Part shown: positions 61,071-64,000 of the stretch, one piece after another | Layout: each line of letters opens with the position of its first letter | How positions within the stretch are numbered: position 1 is the first letter of the stretch | NCBI RefSeq assembly: GCF_963921235.1 | Contig: NC_086097.1 | Coordinates: 5,332,001 to 5,396,000 of the forward strand | Source of the DNA: Mobula hypostoma | Lineage: Eukaryota | Length of the DNA: 64,000 nucleotides | Direction of reading: 5' to 3' | Position numbers and translations under genes: made by a program | Notes under the pieces: generated by a model | Seen by the model: the letters and a program-made list of their open reading frames with translations, nothing else | Database searches by the model: none | What the model was told of the DNA's origin: nothing

Positions 61071-61431
61071 TAGTGAACAAAACTTTGTCTCATTTTTCTG
61101 TGTCTTAAGCCCAGTGGGGCAAACACAATTGAACTTCAGTGTTCCCTAATCTTAGACACTTAGTACAAGGAAAACAACTCACCTCTTTAATTATTGTTTT
61201 GATAAAAAGCTATTAAATGTAATTACCCTGGTAATTATTTTTTGAGTGAAATTTAGTAAATGTGTATTTGGTTCTCCAGAGCCCTGTTTCCTATTTCTTG
61301 CTTCAGTGAGTTCACTGTTTCCTTCAGCAGGGCTTTCTTTCTTATTTCCTGGTTCATTGAGACAATGCGTTTTGCACACTGAGCTAAATATATTTCAATA
61401 TCACTGTAATGGTTCCTTAAGGTTGTCATAG

Positions 61432-62520
61432 CTGAGGGCAGGATAGTGGGGATAAGCTCCCACTACCTACTAGATGTTCCCAATGGTGTGTGTCTCAAAT
61501 AATCTCTGACAACCCAGTCCAGCTCCTGACCTTCAAGTGAGGTTGAGCCGCTAAGCCCAGTAGGAGTCTTTCTACTGACAGGAGGAGAAGTCATAGTCAT
61601 ACTTTATTGATCCCGGGGGAAATTGGTTTTCGTTACAGTTGCTCCATAAATAATAAATTGTAATAGAACCATAAATAGATAAATAGTAATATGTAAATTA
61701 TGCCAGTAAATTATGAAATAAGTCCAGGACCAGCCTATTGGCTCAGGGTGTCGGACCCTCCAAGGGAGGAGTTGTAAAGTTTGATGGCCACAGGCAGGAA
61801 TGACTTCCTATGACGCTCTGTGTTGCATCTCGGAGGAATGAGTCTCTGGCTGAATGTACTCCTGTGCCCAACCAGTACATTATGTAGTGGATGGGAGACA
61901 TTGTCCAAGATGGCATGCAACTTAGACAGCATCCTCTTTTCGGACACCACCGCCAGAGAGTCCAGTTCCATCCCCACAACATCACTGGCCTTACGGATGA
62001 GTTTGTTGATTCTGTTGGTGTCTGCTACCCTCAGCCTGCTGCCCCAGCACACAACAGCAAACATGATAGCACTGGCCACCACAGACTCGTAGAACATCCT
62101 CAGCATAGGAAGCAAAGGCGGGTTACTGGCACCTTACAGCTGGTTGCACTGAGCAGCTGGGGCTTGTCAGCTGTGGTTGGCAGCTCCTGCGGGAGAAGGA
62201 AAACACTAATCTCAAATCTCTGCTGCCTTGCAGCTATACCAAATCATAGGGAAGGCTTCGGGAGCCAAGGAAAAATCTGGAGCCGGAATTTCTAAGGCCA
62301 TCCTGCGTTGTGTTCAATGGTGACTGGCATCTCCTGTAATGCTGATAGTGCCAAATTGTCAGTCTTTGCCAGTTCTTTGGATTCATCAGCTGTGTGGAGA
62401 GGAGGAGCCCGCTACATGGACAACAGCTTGTTTGCCACGTTGTGCTGCCCTGGCTTGCGTATCACATAGATAGCTGGCTCACAACATCCATGGCTGACCC
62501 TGACCAACAGAGGACTCAAA
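61432..62520 (+). mobile_element. Non-autonomous retroposon, possibly RTE-X-related, split by Rex1
   Basis: Non-coding; 3' end GTGGAGAGGAGGAG..CATGGACAAC..ATCCATGG similar to the 3' half of the SINE at 44243-44556. Confidence 0.5.
61590..62106 (-). mobile_element. Young (TATGAC)n Rex1 3' copy
   Basis: ORF 61735..62115 nearly identical to the C-terminal part of the 39028..39702 ORF. Confidence 0.92.
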
Positions 62521-62904
62521 TCACTGTAATGTCATGGAGCAGATTGCACACCTGTCCAATGAATAAGAACATATTTAACAAATTTTCCAAATAGTGATAC
62601 GTGAAACTAGATAAGAATAAATGATGATAATAAAGTATAGTTCATCTGGAATTTGAAGTGCAACCATTTGCTAGACGTTTTTGTTCAAGCATAGGTTCCA
62701 GGTACACTGTTTTAAACATTTCTTTTTTCTTCTCAGCTGTTTCTCATACATTCCTTTTGGTTCCTCTTTGCTTATTCAGTGAATATTACTCAAGTTTTCC
62801 ATCCTTGTGGTTTTATTTCTCTCCTGATTCTGTTCTGGCTTTAGAATTTTGCATGTTCTGCAAAATGTGGTTGTGATTTTAGTAGTATATACATATAGGT
62901 GACA

Positions 62905-63350
62905 CAAAAGGGCCAGAAACATCATGAAGGATCCCTCTCATCCTGCTCAAGGGCTGTTTGTCGCACTCCCATCAGGGAAGAAGCTCCATAGCATCCATAC
63001 CAGGATTACCTGACTCAAAAAACAATTTCTTTCCCCAGGCAGTGAGGCTGATCAACACCTCCACCCACTAACACACCCATCCACACTCCCAACCACCACT
63101 ACTTTATCATTTCCTGTCTGTCACCTTAGGCACAGATGCTCCTGTACCTACCATCACTTCATGGACATTAAATCAATCAATGTATAGAAGCTATCTTATG
63201 TATTTATATTTATTGTGTTTTTATTAATAATATGTTCTTTATCTCACCGTGTTTCTTTTTGTACTGCTATGGATCTGGAGTAACTATTACTTCATTTTCC
63301 TTTAAACTTGTGTACTGAAAATGACATTTCACAATTTTGAATCATGAATA
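62905..63350 (+). mobile_element. Rex1/Babar 3' tail (related copies at about 52650-52950 + and 34700-35000 -)
   Basis: CATCATGAAGGATCC..CTCCCATCAGGGA..GGCTGATCAACACCTCCACCCACTAA. Confidence 0.78.
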
Positions 63351-63377
63351 TTGAAACAAAGATTGGAAGAGACACCA

Positions 63378-64000
63378 CTTGACTTGGAAGATAGAGGGGA
63401 TAATTGAGGGAGGGCGATGGAGAATTTGACTAAGAAAATTGGGGGGATTACTGAGGGAGGGAAGATTTGACAGAGGAAGATTGGGGGGATTAGTGGGGGA
63501 AGTGGATGGTGCTTTGGCTAGGAAGATGGGGGATTATTGAGAGGAGAAAGAGGACTTGTTTAGGAAGATTGAGAGGATTATTGGTGGAGGGGAATGGAGG
63601 ATTTGACAAAGATTGGGAAGATTATTGAAGGAGAGAGATGGAGGATTTAACTAGGAAATTTGGGGGATTATTGAGGGAGGTTGATGGTGATTTGACTAGA
63701 AAGATTGGTAGGATTATTAATGTGGGGATGGACAATTTGATGAGAAATATTGAGAAGATTATTGAGGGGAGGGGATGAAGGATTTGACTGGAACATTGGG
63801 GGAATTATTGAGGAAGGGGGATAGAGGATTTGACTAGGAAGATTGGGGGAGTTATTGAGGGAGGGGATGGAGAATTTGTCTTGGAAGATTGGGAGGATTA
63901 TTGGGAAGGGGAATGGATAATTTGGCTGGCAAGTTTAGGAAGTTTAATGACAGAGGGAGATCTAAGATTTAACGAGGACAATTGGGGGGATTCTTGAGGG
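63378..64000. repeat. Purine-rich minisatellite, about 40-43-bp diverged unit, runs off the window end
   Basis: Approximate consensus GGGGGATTATTGAGGGAGGGGATGGAGGATTTGACTAGGAAGATTG, about 14-15 copies. Confidence 0.9.

Noticed and set aside
63378..64000. CRISPR array or repeat-protein exon
   Set aside because: There is no constant repeat plus unique spacer structure, unit lengths vary out of frame, and no cas genes are present in this eukaryotic context.

Overview
This is eukaryotic DNA, almost certainly from a vertebrate. The repeat content (HE1-like V-SINEs with CR1-type tails, abundant CR1 and Rex1/Babar LINEs, Penelope-like elements) suggests a cartilaginous fish such as a shark or ray; that assignment is inference. 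I found no host protein-coding exon, rRNA, true tRNA gene, CRISPR array or prokaryotic system that I can support. The window is an intergenic or intronic mosaic of decayed and nested transposons: CR1, Rex1/Babar, RTE and L1 LINE fragments, a 5'-truncated Gypsy element plus a related separate LTR, Penelope fragments, tRNA-derived SINEs, a full-length Tc1 (IR/DR type, DD34E), Tigger/mariner/Tc1 derivatives, and an internally deleted Buster/SPIN-type hAT. It ends in a purine-rich minisatellite of about 42 bp per unit. Best leads: (1) the hAT derivative keeps an open in-frame zinc-finger plus dimerisation-domain ORF with no catalytic core; (2) Penelope termini carry minimal hammerhead ribozyme motifs, one with an intact core, and form palindromic mini-insertions; (3) several non-autonomous retroposons share 3' ends with RTE or Rex1 LINEs, one with a possible 3' transduction; (4) TSD-verified multi-layer nests. 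Family names come from visual motif recognition, not database searches. Boundaries without TSDs are approximate.
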